DNA from: Minisyncoccota bacterium
GTDB taxonomy: Bacteria; Patescibacteriota; Minisyncoccia; Minisyncoccales; RBG-13-42-11
DNA: 64,000 nucleotides
Direction of reading: 5' to 3'
Assembly: GCA_016782605.1 (NCBI GenBank)
Contig: JADHYE010000002.1
Location: 48,067 to 112,066, forward strand
The notes below the pieces were generated by a model. The model saw only the letters and a program-made list of their open reading frames with translations. It had not been told where the DNA came from and searched no databases. Shown here piece by piece: positions 53,255 through 62,409 of this stretch (position 1 is its first letter; every line of letters begins with the position of its first letter). Position numbers and translations under genes: made by a program.

Positions 53255-54176
53255 GGAATAAATCAAGAGCCACTTCTGAACCGATTTTGCCTGTCTTTAT
53301 CGCCAAATCTGCCTCAAATAACTGCTGGTAGATTTTTTTTAATTCAGCAAAAGAAAACCTGGCTGCCTGCTGGTAGCTTTTTCTAACTACAAAAGGATGT
53401 AATTTCGTTGCCTTTGAAATAGCGTAATATGGCATGCCTTTTTCGATAAGCTCTTTTACCATCAAAAGATTTCTAAATTGGAAATTAATCATTGAAAGAA
53501 GATAAACAGGATTGTCGCCCTTCTCCAAATGCTCGTGGATTAACAATAAAGCCTGTTTTTTGTTTTTAGCAGCGATAGCGTCAATCGTTTTAAAAATATC
53601 GCTTTCAATCTTCGGCTTTACCAGTAACTCCACGTCTTCAACATTAATTCTTTTGCCTTTTTTAAAAGCAGCTAATTTCTTCACTTCATTGGATATCTGC
53701 CAAAGATCATTGCCGGCAAAATCAATGATTTTATCCAAGGCCTCCGGACTGATTTCCGCTTTTAACTTGGCAAACTCCTGTTTTATCCAGTTCTTCAGCT
53801 TTGCTCCCTCCAAAAATTGGAATTCCTGTACTTTAGCTTGTTTTTCCAGGGTTTTTAACAGCTTATCTCTTTCCAAAATCTTAACTTCCTCATAAAGCAA
53901 AATAATGTCTTTTGTATCAAGGAAAAAGCTGAGGCTCTCCAATAATTCTTCTTTGAAATCTTTATTGGAAAAAGAATTTGACAGAACTATCATCTTTTTT
54001 TCGTCAAACATTGAAGTTTGCTGTAATGCGTCTTTAAATTCTTCAAATTTCAAGTTTCCGGCGTCAAAATATATCAAACTCAATCCGCTTTTGTGGATTT
54101 TTTTATAACTATCAATAATCTCTTGCAATTTCTGGCGGCTGCTGTATGTATTTGGGCCGTAAAGCAAAATAATCAT
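53241..54176 (-). CDS. holA: DNA polymerase III delta subunit
   Basis: 311 aa with HolA-like organisation (LLYGPN...NDLWQISNEVKKL). Confidence 0.8.
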   Translation of the reverse strand: MIILLYGPNTYSSRQKLQEIIDSYKKIHKSGLSLIYFDAGNLKFEEFKDALQQTSMFDEKKMIVLSNSFSNKDFKEELLESLSFFLDTKDIILLYEEVKILERDKLLKTLEKQAKVQEFQFLEGAKLKNWIKQEFAKLKAEISPEALDKIIDFAGNDLWQISNEVKKLAAFKKGKRINVEDVELLVKPKIESDIFKTIDAIAAKNKKQALLLIHEHLEKGDNPVYLLSMINFQFRNLLMVKELIEKGMPYYAISKATKLHPFVVRKSYQQAARFSFAELKKIYQQLFEADLAIKTGKIGSEVALDLFLSGI

Positions 54177-54180
54177 ATTA

Positions 54181-54729
54181 TTTCTGGTACTTGAGACAAA
54201 AATGGGCTGACCGGCTATTGATCTTCATTTTAGTGATTTGCCCGCCACAAGAAGAACACTTTTTCTTATGGTAAGCTTAAAGAATTTCATCTGAATAAAT
54301 ATTTCCGATACCAGCGATAATCTTCTGGTCCATTAATAATGGCTTTATCTTAGCATTCGGTCTTTTATTCAAAAGCGATTCAAAAGTCTTCAAATCCATT
54401 GTTAATGGCTCTGGACCAAACTCTTTTTCCATTATCTTACTTTCTTTCACGTTTTTAAACCAGCCGAATTTACGCAGGTCGTTAAAAACTAAGCGAGAAC
54501 CGTCCTGAAAATTAAAAACCTTGCGGGTATGGCGCGAAGGTTCTCCGTTAAAAATCAATTGATCGGTCAGTTTCAAGTGAAAAATCAGGCTGCTGCCGTC
54601 TTTGAAATCAATTATTAAAAGCTTGGCCCTTCTCCGTACTTTAGTAATTTCCTTCCCTGATAATCTTTTGCCGACAATCTTGCGAGACAACTGAAGCCTG
54701 ATGGTTTCTACTTCGGAGAGTTCGGGCAT
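54181..54729 (-). pseudogene. formamidopyrimidine-DNA glycosylase (Fpg/Nei), decayed: internal deletion plus in-frame stop
   Basis: N-terminal MPELSEVE to GIGNIYSDEIL, then TAA (54279-54277). It then continues in the same frame as AYHKKKCSSCGGQITKMKINSRSAHFCLKYQK* (zinc finger). About 70 aa of H2TH are missing. Confidence 0.6.
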
Positions 54730-54735
54730 ACTCTC

Positions 54736-55104
54736 CTATTTTAAAACATTCTTTATCTTTTCGATAATCTCGCCGGGAGTGAAATGCGCCTTGATCAAGA
54801 AATCATTCGCTCCCAGCTTTAATCCTTTTTCTATGTCTTCTTTCTGGCCAAGATTGGAAAGAATAATTACCGGAATCGAAGCTAGATTCTGGTCTGCTTT
54901 CATCTGGGTCAAAACCTCAAAACCGTCAATACCGGGCAGAATAAGGTCCAATAAAATCAAATCTGGATTTTCTTCCTTGATTTTTTTGATTCCGTCTTCC
55001 CCATCTACTGCTTGGGCTATGTCAAAACCTTCTTTAAGCAGTTTTTGGCTGATCAAATCCCTCAGGAATTTATCGTCTTCAATTATTAAAATTTTCTTTG
55101 CCAT
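54736..55104 (-). CDS. single-domain response regulator (CheY-like)
   Basis: 122 aa receiver with DLILLDLILPGIDG. Confidence 0.9.
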   Translation of the reverse strand: MAKKILIIEDDKFLRDLISQKLLKEGFDIAQAVDGEDGIKKIKEENPDLILLDLILPGIDGFEVLTQMKADQNLASIPVIILSNLGQKEDIEKGLKLGANDFLIKAHFTPGEIIEKIKNVLK

Positions 55105-55107
55105 AAA

Positions 55108-55476
55108 TTAACCGATTTGTTTTTTTATTTTATCAACTACTTCTTGCGGGTCAAAATCAGTCTTAATCAGCCAGTCTTTTGCTCCCAGCTTCTGGGCTCT
55201 GTCAATTTCCACGGGTTGTCCGGAATTTGAAATAATAATTACCGGAACATCCTTTAAGGTCGCATCTTGCTGCATTTCCTCCAATACTTCGAATCCTCCT
55301 TTTAAAGGCATGATGATATCCAGCAAAAGAAGGTCTGGCTTTTTCTCTTTTATTAACTTTAACCCTTCTTCACCGTTCCTGGCAACTAAAAGCTCATACC
55401 CTTCTTTGATTAATTTTTTTTCCAGAAGATTAAGAATAAGTTCCTCATCTTCCATGATTGCGATTTTTTGTGCCAT
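55108..55476 (-). CDS. single-domain response regulator (CheY-like)
   Basis: 122 aa receiver with DLLLLDIIMP. Confidence 0.9.
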   Translation of the reverse strand: MAQKIAIMEDEELILNLLEKKLIKEGYELLVARNGEEGLKLIKEKKPDLLLLDIIMPLKGGFEVLEEMQQDATLKDVPVIIISNSGQPVEIDRAQKLGAKDWLIKTDFDPQEVVDKIKKQIG

Positions 55477-55515
55477 ATAATTTATTATACTACTTTATTT
55501 AATATGCTAAAACCT

Positions 55516-57042
55516 TTAATTTTCTTTCACCGGCAAAGTGAAGTGAAAGACGCTACCTTTGTTTAGTTCTGATTCAAACCAGATTTTGCCGCCGTGAGCT
55601 TCGATAATGTTTTTAGTGATGAAAAGTCCGAGCCCGGAGCCTTCTGTCTCCAGTCTTATCACGTTGGGCGCTCGGAAAAACTTGGTAAAAATCCTGTCCG
55701 TTTGGTCTTTCGGAACGCCTACGCCAGAATCCTTTACTGAAAGCTGCACTTCCTTTTTATCACTTTTAAGGTTGATACTTACCTCGCCGCCAGAAGGAGT
55801 ATACCTTATGGAATTATTAAGAAGGTTTTCAATCGCCACTTTTATCTTTTCTTCATCCACCAAAACTTTAGGCATCTTACCAGCCGGTTTCTCAAAGCTG
55901 AATTTAATCTTTTTCTTTGCTATCTCTTCCTTATATGATTTTACCACAAATTGGACCATTCCCCCAATATCAGCCAAAACAGGATTGTAAAGATATCTTC
56001 CCTCTTCAATTCTGGTTACGTCCAGAAGATCATTGATCAAACTGATCATTCTCTCGTTGCTTACGTAAGATTTATCGATAAATTCCCTTTGTTCTTTGGT
56101 GATTTGGCCGAGGTCGCCGTCCAACAACATTCTTAATGTCCATTTTATGGCAGACAAAGGAGTTCTCAGCTGATGGGCAGCCAAAGAAACAAATTCCGTT
56201 TTCATCCTCTCTACTATCTTTTCGCGAGTGATATCATGCAAAATAATCAAAGTTTCAATTCTCTTCTCCCCGCTCATCATTAAAACAGAAGACACCTCTA
56301 AATTCAGATACTCTTTGATTATCAGTTCCTTCCTGAAAACTTCTTTTATCTCTTCGCCTAAAATTTCAGTCAAGGGAAGAAATTCCGGAAAAGAGATTAG
56401 CTCTGCCACTGAACAACCGATAACATCATTTTTTTTGACGCTAAAAAACTTTTCTGCCTGGAGATTAATCAGGGAAAGTTTTCCTTTTCCGTCAAAAACT
56501 AGCAGTCCGTCAGTAAAATTATTCACGATTGACAAGGTTTTATTTCTCTCTGTCTCAACTTCTTTCCTTGCTCCCTCAGTATCCTCAAGAATATTTAAAA
56601 GAGACTTTTGGGTATCGATCAGCTCATTCTCCTGCTTTTTGATATCGGTCAAATCAAAAAGACTGAAAAAATATCCGACAACGTCTCCTTCTTCCCCTTT
56701 TCGCAGCATAGTGGCAGCGCTGACCGAAACTTTTATTCCTGATTTTGTCGTAAGAGAAATCGCCTTTGCCTTGATGAATCCTTTGCCCAAAGTTTCTTTT
56801 ACCAAATACTCAATTTCTTCTGCATTAAATATGTCTTCTATTGATTTGCCAATGCTTTCTTCTATCCCATAGCCAGTAATTTTCTCAAAAGCAGGATTAA
56901 CTTCCAAAATAATCTTGGCCGGACTCAAAAGAAAAACCGGCAAAGGCAAAAAGTTAAAAAGATCTCTTATATAATTTTCTAAAGAGTCTAAATCCTCAAG
57001 TAGGGTAGAAATTTTCTCTGTTTCTTTGTTTTCTATTGCCAT
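55516..57042 (-). CDS. cytoplasmic PAS-domain sensor histidine kinase
   Basis: PAS regions, H-box [14 protein letters not shown], and HATPase N/G boxes. Confidence 0.9.
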   Translation of the reverse strand: MAIENKETEKISTLLEDLDSLENYIRDLFNFLPLPVFLLSPAKIILEVNPAFEKITGYGIEESIGKSIEDIFNAEEIEYLVKETLGKGFIKAKAISLTTKSGIKVSVSAATMLRKGEEGDVVGYFFSLFDLTDIKKQENELIDTQKSLLNILEDTEGARKEVETERNKTLSIVNNFTDGLLVFDGKGKLSLINLQAEKFFSVKKNDVIGCSVAELISFPEFLPLTEILGEEIKEVFRKELIIKEYLNLEVSSVLMMSGEKRIETLIILHDITREKIVERMKTEFVSLAAHQLRTPLSAIKWTLRMLLDGDLGQITKEQREFIDKSYVSNERMISLINDLLDVTRIEEGRYLYNPVLADIGGMVQFVVKSYKEEIAKKKIKFSFEKPAGKMPKVLVDEEKIKVAIENLLNNSIRYTPSGGEVSINLKSDKKEVQLSVKDSGVGVPKDQTDRIFTKFFRAPNVIRLETEGSGLGLFITKNIIEAHGGKIWFESELNKGSVFHFTLPVKEN

Positions 57043-57638
57043 TTTATTAAAAATTTATGTTCTTTCCCTCCATTAAAAACGCATTCTATTTCTTCGCAAA
57101 CTATCTTCTTGGAGGCTATTACCATCTTTAAAACTCCGGGCACCACCCCTTCAAAGCAGCGGCAATAAACCGGGTGGAGTCTGAAATCTTTTATAGTTAT
57201 AATTGCGTACTTTTTCTTCAAATCGTACTCTTGGACTGCAGCCTGGCCGACAGTAAAATACTGCGACCAGGTTTTTGGAGTTTCTTTGGCGACTTTTTCA
57301 ACTGAAGATAAATATTTCATTAGAAGCTTGATGACCCAAGAAAAATTCATTGCGTATTTACAAAGTTCTTTTATCTTTGCGTCCGACCAATCAAATGTTT
57401 TTTTGATTGCTAATAAAGAAAGGGCTCTCAAGCCTATCGGATAAAAGTCAAATTGACTTATCTTTTTATAATTGATCGGATATCCCAGTCCTTCTAATTC
57501 TTTTTCAATCATTGCCAACCCTTCTTTCCCTTTTTCTCTTAAAACAAATTCTGCATCGTTTTTAAAATGGATCCCCCTCGCCTCTCCTTTGGTTTCCATG
57601 ATTTTTTGGGCAATCTCTTTCGTCAGTTCTACTGCCAT
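57033..57638 (-). CDS. putative ligand-binding sensor protein (DUF2378/H-NOX/V4R-like fold suspected), paralog 1
   Basis: 201 aa, paralogous to the next ORF. Shared KGEARG, FYPIGLR, LLAIK and C-terminal HxFLIKWQ. Overlaps the kinase start. Confidence 0.45.
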   Translation of the reverse strand: MAVELTKEIAQKIMETKGEARGIHFKNDAEFVLREKGKEGLAMIEKELEGLGYPINYKKISQFDFYPIGLRALSLLAIKKTFDWSDAKIKELCKYAMNFSWVIKLLMKYLSSVEKVAKETPKTWSQYFTVGQAAVQEYDLKKKYAIITIKDFRLHPVYCRCFEGVVPGVLKMVIASKKIVCEEIECVFNGGKEHKFLIKWQ

Positions 57639-58237
57639 TTTATTAAAAATTCATGGTATTTGCCTCCTCTAAAAGGACAGTCTGTCTCTTCAAAGTCTAT
57701 ACTCTGTGTTTTAATAAGCATTTTTAAAATTCCACAAAAATATCCGCCCAAATACGTACAGAAGATAGGATCCAAAGCCAAATCCTCTATTTTAACAATG
57801 GCGTATTTCTTTTCTTCGTTAAGTTCAGCCGGCAGCAATTTACTGATTGTATAATGCTTGTCCCAAATCTTCGGGGCTTCTTTTAAAAACACCCTTTGGG
57901 TGGAAAAAAAGTATTTGATGAAAAGTTTGATTATTAAAGAGACCTTTGTGGCAAAAACGCCAATACTTTTTATTTTCTCATCGTCAAAATTAAAAACTTC
58001 TTTTATCGCTAACAAAGAAATAATTCTTAATCCAATAGGGTAAAAATTCATGACTTTGACTTCCTTGTATTTGATAGGGAAGCCTATCTCCTTCAAGTAA
58101 TCCTCAACCTGCTTAAGGCCCTTTTCTCCTTTTTCTTTTAGAATAAACTCTAGGTCGGTTTTCAAAGCAACGCCCCTTGCTTCGCCTTTGGTTTCGAATA
58201 GCTTTTTTGCTGTTTCTTTTATCGATGCCTGGTTCAT
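57629..58237 (-). CDS. putative ligand-binding sensor protein, paralog 2
   Basis: 202 aa with the same architecture. Overlaps paralog 1 by 10 nt. Confidence 0.45.
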   Translation of the reverse strand: MNQASIKETAKKLFETKGEARGVALKTDLEFILKEKGEKGLKQVEDYLKEIGFPIKYKEVKVMNFYPIGLRIISLLAIKEVFNFDDEKIKSIGVFATKVSLIIKLFIKYFFSTQRVFLKEAPKIWDKHYTISKLLPAELNEEKKYAIVKIEDLALDPIFCTYLGGYFCGILKMLIKTQSIDFEETDCPFRGGKYHEFLIKWQ

Positions 58238-58293
58238 ATTTAATAATGTAATTTAATATTTAATTGACGACCTTTTGAAACCAAAAATCTTAC

Positions 58294-59163
58294 TTAATGA
58301 ATTTCTTTTAACTTTTCTTCCAGCCTTTTAATTTCTTTTTTAAGCTCTATCATTTTCAATTCCCGGCCGACAGACAATTTTTGGAATCTTTCCATGTCTT
58401 CTAGCTTTTCTTGAATTTCCCTGGTTCTTTCTTGAATAGTTCCTTCTTGTTCCTTGGTCAATTCTTGCAGTTCTCTGGTTCTGGCATCGACTTTTATTTC
58501 CAGAACGTCTTTGGCCTCTTCAATTTCTTCTTGAGCCTTTATCAATTTTTCCTGTTTTTTACGAAGGTTCTCTGACAGAGTCCCGTAGTTCTCGGCGATA
58601 AAAAGGAAAGCGATTGTCAGCGTCAAAGTCTGAATCAGAATAAAAACAGGATCTTGGTAAGCGCCCTGGGAAATACTGAATACCTCTCTATGGGGCAAGA
58701 TTCCAAAATATTCCAAGGTGGCCAGTTGAAAATAACAGAAAAGGGAGGCGAGACAAAGAACAAAAACCTTCTTTTTCGACAAAACGCTGCTGGCCCAAGC
58801 CAAAATACATAAATAGAAAACCGCTCCTATCCACTCTACTCCCCCAAGATGATGAATAACAACGGTCAAAAATAAAACGTCAAAAATGTTGTTTTTAAAG
58901 TGAAAACTGTATAAATCTTCATGGTTTTTTTTGCGCTTTATGAAATAGCCATGAGAAAGATAAAACAGTATCCAAACAGAAAAGAGTAGAAAGATAAAGT
59001 TAGACAAAGGAACGCCAAAAATAAATCTAGCAGTCAACGCCAAAAGCATACAGGCAGCCAGAACCGCCAAGGTCAAACGAATGTCGTTTTTGACGCCCCT
59101 TAGAGATTCTTTGAATAGAATGTCTTTCGAGTTTGTTTTTTCTTTGTTTGCCATTATTTTCAA
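58294..59163 (-). CDS. multi-TM protein with a C-terminal signalling-helix/coiled coil and no output domain
   Basis: About 6 TM helices, then VDARTRELQE...GRELKMIELKKEI, typical of kinase linker helices. Confidence 0.55.
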   Translation of the reverse strand: MKIMANKEKTNSKDILFKESLRGVKNDIRLTLAVLAACMLLALTARFIFGVPLSNFIFLLFSVWILFYLSHGYFIKRKKNHEDLYSFHFKNNIFDVLFLTVVIHHLGGVEWIGAVFYLCILAWASSVLSKKKVFVLCLASLFCYFQLATLEYFGILPHREVFSISQGAYQDPVFILIQTLTLTIAFLFIAENYGTLSENLRKKQEKLIKAQEEIEEAKDVLEIKVDARTRELQELTKEQEGTIQERTREIQEKLEDMERFQKLSVGRELKMIELKKEIKRLEEKLKEIH

Positions 59164-59177
59164 CCGTTTTTATTATT

Positions 59178-60128
59178 CTACCACAATTTAAGGTTTTCTT
59201 TAATTTTTTCCTGCGGCTTATCAAAATCGGGCAGCCTCCCGACTAGGGTGTAAAATTCAAGTTCTTTTAATATGTCAGCTGCTTTTGCTTTATCGTAATT
59301 TATCCAAGAGCATTTTTCCAAATTGAAATCTATAGGAACGTTTTTTTCAATTTGAGCCAAATCTCTGGAAAGAAAAGCCTGCTCCCTGTATTTGAGAAGC
59401 GTTTCTCTCTGCTTCGGTTTAAGGTTTTTGGCTTTTCCAGAATTTTCCTCAAGTTCTTTATACAAATTATCCAGAGTGCTGAACTTCAAAAGAAGCTCAA
59501 TGGCTGTTTTTTCTCCGATTCCGGTAACTCCCGGGATATTGTCGGAAGCATCTCCCCTCAACGCCTTAAAATCCAATACTTGCTCGGGTAAAAGACCTTG
59601 TAATTTTTCTTTAACCAGGCTTTCGTCATACAGAACAACGTCTTTCACTCCCTTTCTTAAAGCGAAGAGCTTTGTCTGTTTATCAACCAACTGCAAAGCG
59701 TCCAAGTCGCCACTGACAATAATTGTTTCAATCGGCGGAACTATTTGCTTTCTCGGCGATAAAGCAGCAATGGTTCCGATAATATCGTCTGCTTCAAACC
59801 CCTGCTTTTCAAAAATGGGTACATTGAATAATTTTAAAACTTCTTTTATCCTCGGAATCTGCTGGTACAGTTCCTCCGGAGCTTTCGGCCTTTTTGCCTT
59901 GTATAGCTTGTATTTTTTATGCCTGAAGGTCGGTGAAGGCAAATCAAAGCAGGCGGCCATGTAATCAGGATGGAAATCCTTTATCGCTTTGAAAAAAACC
60001 AGCAGAAATCCGTAAACAGCGTTTGTTGTCTCGCCTTTTTCCGTTGTTAAAATGGGCAAAGCGTGAAAAGCCCGGTGGATTATGGAATTGGCGTCAATGA
60101 TTAAAATTCTTTTATGTTCTTTTTCCAT
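59178..60128 (-). CDS. 5'-3' exonuclease (Pol I N-terminal/FEN-like), stand-alone
   Basis: ILIIDANSIIHRAFHAL, H3TH region DNIPGVTGIGEKTA. ATG 60128 is preferred. The track TTG start 60155 reads through element C2. Confidence 0.88.
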   Translation of the reverse strand: MEKEHKRILIIDANSIIHRAFHALPILTTEKGETTNAVYGFLLVFFKAIKDFHPDYMAACFDLPSPTFRHKKYKLYKAKRPKAPEELYQQIPRIKEVLKLFNVPIFEKQGFEADDIIGTIAALSPRKQIVPPIETIIVSGDLDALQLVDKQTKLFALRKGVKDVVLYDESLVKEKLQGLLPEQVLDFKALRGDASDNIPGVTGIGEKTAIELLLKFSTLDNLYKELEENSGKAKNLKPKQRETLLKYREQAFLSRDLAQIEKNVPIDFNLEKCSWINYDKAKAADILKELEFYTLVGRLPDFDKPQEKIKENLKLW

Positions 60129-60129
60129 T

Positions 60130-60276
60130 CCCCGTATATCAACTTCCAGAACCAAACGCCTTTAGGTGCGTTTTAGCCTGTAAGCGGTTATTTAATAATA
60201 ATTTCATATTTACAACCATTTGAGTTATGCCCGGCGTTTGTTTAGAACGCACCTTACTGGAAGTTGTATTACGGGG
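60130..60276. repeat. C-family long-stem element C2
   Basis: ccccgtatatcaacttccag pairs with ctggaagttgtattacgggg. It shows the same 3x3 internal loop as C1 and a compensatory AT to TT/AA change. It overlaps the last 8 nt of tsaE and ends 1 nt before the exonuclease ATG. Confidence 0.8.
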
Positions 60277-60721
60277 CATTTTTTAATTCTATCACGATTT
60301 TTCTCGTATTTTTATTTACGAATTCGAACCTCAGCAGAATGGCGTTCTTCGGTATTATCTTTTTGACTCTGTCTGACCATTCAACAGCGATAATGTTCCG
60401 GGGATCGGAAACAAACTCCTTGAATCCTAAACCAAGCAATTCTCCAGCTTTTTTAATCCTATAACAATCAATATGGATAAACGACCTTCGGGAAGTGGAA
60501 AACTTTTTAATCAGGACGAAAGTAGGACTGAGAACTCTTTCCTTTATCTCAAGGCCTTTGGCAAGGCCCTGCAAAAAAGTGGTTTTTCCTCCGCCCAAAT
60601 CTCCCACCAATCCTAAAACAGTTGCTTTTCCATAGGCTTTTGATTTTAAAATTCTCTTTGCCAAACTTTGTCCAAGCTTTTTTGTCTGAGCCGGACTTTT
60701 TGTAATGAATATGGATTCCAT
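60269..60721 (-). CDS. tsaE: tRNA t6A37 biosynthesis ATPase TsaE
   Basis: LVGDLGGGKTTFLQG P-loop. Confidence 0.88.
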   Translation of the reverse strand: MESIFITKSPAQTKKLGQSLAKRILKSKAYGKATVLGLVGDLGGGKTTFLQGLAKGLEIKERVLSPTFVLIKKFSTSRRSFIHIDCYRIKKAGELLGLGFKEFVSDPRNIIAVEWSDRVKKIIPKNAILLRFEFVNKNTRKIVIELKNAP

Positions 60722-60744
60722 TGATGTTTCAATAGGCGATGATG

Positions 60745-60800
60745 GAAAAGATTTCCCTCATCTTCACCTTCACCCCGCTGTCTGCGGGGTTCGGTCATTG
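60745..60800 (-). repeat. E-family element copy
   Basis: Minus strand accgaa-CCCCGC-agaca-GCGGGG-tgaaggtgaaga-hairpin. Compared with 1321-1379 the first stem covaries (ttccgc/gcggaa to ccccgc/gcgggg). Confidence 0.65.
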
Positions 60801-60848
60801 ACTTTTGGGCGATTTTAAACTAAATTAAACTAACTTACTTAATTTTAA

Positions 60849-60930
60849 ACCAAGTAGTGAAATTTTGACAGAGCTTTTCTAAAGAAAAGCTGTAAAAACC
60901 GCGTAGCGAGTCAAAATTCTACCACTTGGT
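60849..60930 (+). repeat. B-family structured element B3
   Basis: accaagtagtgaaattttgac / agcttttc-taaa-gaaaagct / A-rich linker / gtcaaaattctaccacttggt. Same architecture as B1 and B2, with compensatory changes and the same A-C and G-U positions. Confidence 0.75.
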
Positions 60931-60937
60931 AAACCTT

Positions 60938-62245
60938 ATGGGAGAAAACTTCAAAGACAGTACCAAAGGATTGAAAATTTCTTCGGAAAAAAACAGTGAA
61001 TTCAAAAAGAATATTAAAAATATTTCTGATTTAAAAACGGAAATTGAAAAAGCGACAATCGAGAACGTTTCCGAACTCATAGAAACAATTATGGTTGGCG
61101 CCATCAACTTGGGCGCCTCTGACATCCACGTTGAACCGGAAAAGGACCAAGCTAAAATCAGAACAAGGGTTGATGGTCTTCTGCAGGACGTAACCGTAAT
61201 TGAATACGAACTGTATGAAAGCCTGCTTTCAAGAACAAAGCTCCTGTCTGAAATCAAGATGAATATTAGCGATCGGCCACAAGACGGCCGATTTAGTGTT
61301 TTATTGGAGACTCTGCCCATTGAAATAAGAACATCCACTTTGCCGGCCGAACACGGAGAATCAATTGTTTTGAGAATTTTAAATCCAAAATCCCTGGTTG
61401 ATTTGGAAGCCCTGGGATTAAGAAGCGACTTATTAAATCTTTTTAAAAAAGAAATTGAAAAACCAAACGGCATGATTATCGTAACCGGCCCCACTGGTTC
61501 CGGTAAAACGACCACTCTTTACGCTTTTTTGAAAAAAATCAATAAGCCCGAAATAAAAATAATCACCATTGAAGACCCGATTGAATACCATGTCAATGGC
61601 ATTTCCCAGACCCAAGTAAATCCGTCAAAGGGATATGATTTTGCCTCAGGCCTCCAATCCATTGTCAGACAGGACCCTGACGTCATCCTGGTCGGTGAAA
61701 TCAGAGATCCGAAAACCTGCCAAATAGCCCTGCAAGCTGCTTTGACCGGCCACTTAGTTTTCTCAACCCTGCACACAAACGATGCAGCCGGCACTATTGC
61801 CAGACTTACCAGTTTAGAAGGATCTTTGTCCAATATCGGACCAGCTGTTAATATGGCTGTTGCCCAGAGATTGGTCAGAAAAGTCTGCAAAAAATGCAAC
61901 AAATTAATAACTCCCTCTCCGCATATTTTGGAAAAATTCAAAAAAGAACTGAAAAGCCTGCCGAAAACCGTAAAAATTCCCTCAATCAGCAAAGGGTTAA
62001 AAATCCCCCAGGCCAAAGGATGTAAAGAATGCAATTCCACCGGCTATAAAGGAAGGCTTGGCATATTCGAAGCAATCCTGATTGACGATGAAATGGAAGG
62101 TTTTATTTTAAAAAACCCGTCAATAGCCGCTTTTAAAGAAGAAGCCATAAAAAGAGGCATGATTCCCATGCGCCAGGACGGCCTGATCAAGGTCTTGGAA
62201 GGTCTGACAACAATTGAAGAAGTGGAAAGAGTATCAATTGAATAA
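60938..62245 (+). CDS. pilB: GspE/PilB-family type II/IV secretion (type IV pilus assembly) ATPase
   Basis: GPTGSGKTTTLYA, Asp/His boxes, and a C-terminal CxxC..CxxC. ATG 60938 is preferred over TTG 60926. Confidence 0.88.
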   Translation: MGENFKDSTKGLKISSEKNSEFKKNIKNISDLKTEIEKATIENVSELIETIMVGAINLGASDIHVEPEKDQAKIRTRVDGLLQDVTVIEYELYESLLSRTKLLSEIKMNISDRPQDGRFSVLLETLPIEIRTSTLPAEHGESIVLRILNPKSLVDLEALGLRSDLLNLFKKEIEKPNGMIIVTGPTGSGKTTTLYAFLKKINKPEIKIITIEDPIEYHVNGISQTQVNPSKGYDFASGLQSIVRQDPDVILVGEIRDPKTCQIALQAALTGHLVFSTLHTNDAAGTIARLTSLEGSLSNIGPAVNMAVAQRLVRKVCKKCNKLITPSPHILEKFKKELKSLPKTVKIPSISKGLKIPQAKGCKECNSTGYKGRLGIFEAILIDDEMEGFILKNPSIAAFKEEAIKRGMIPMRQDGLIKVLEGLTTIEEVERVSIE

Positions 62246-62257
62246 TAAGATAAAAAA

Positions 62258-62382
62258 ATAGCCCCAGGGCTGGGGGGACTAGAGTACTAGGGACTAAAGT
62301 TTGAAACCTTTTTGAGGATTCTCCCAGTGAAACCAGGAGGTCCGTCAGGAAGAAAGGTTCCGTCCCCCAGCCCAAGAGCTAT
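62258..62382. repeat. GC-rich long hairpin element (F)
   Basis: atagccccagggctggggggac (62258-62279) pairs with gtcccccagcccaagagctat (62362-62382). The interior folds into further stems. A-run and T-run flanks. Confidence 0.65.
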
Positions 62383-62409
62383 TTTCCAATAAATATATTG
62401 TAACAGATT

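Noticed and set aside
60919-62040. Long antisense ORFs (60919-61515, 61519-62040, and many others such as 571-759, 1515-1832, 14793-15167, 56228-56872, 59392-59964)
   Set aside because: They lie entirely opposite well-supported conserved genes. They have low-complexity S/F/L/K-rich composition typical of shadow frames in AT-rich DNA, and no start context.
62258-62382. Possible SRP (4.5S) RNA, because of ACCAGGAGGUCC-GUCA-GGAAG resembling the domain IV region CCAGGUCAGGUCC-GGAA-GGAAGCAGC
   Set aside because: The AGCAGC 3' strand and a GNRA/GGAA loop are absent. The candidate apex lies far off-centre (about 85 nt 5' versus about 30 nt 3'). A different, better pairing uses GGAGGUCC. It is kept only as an unexplained hairpin.
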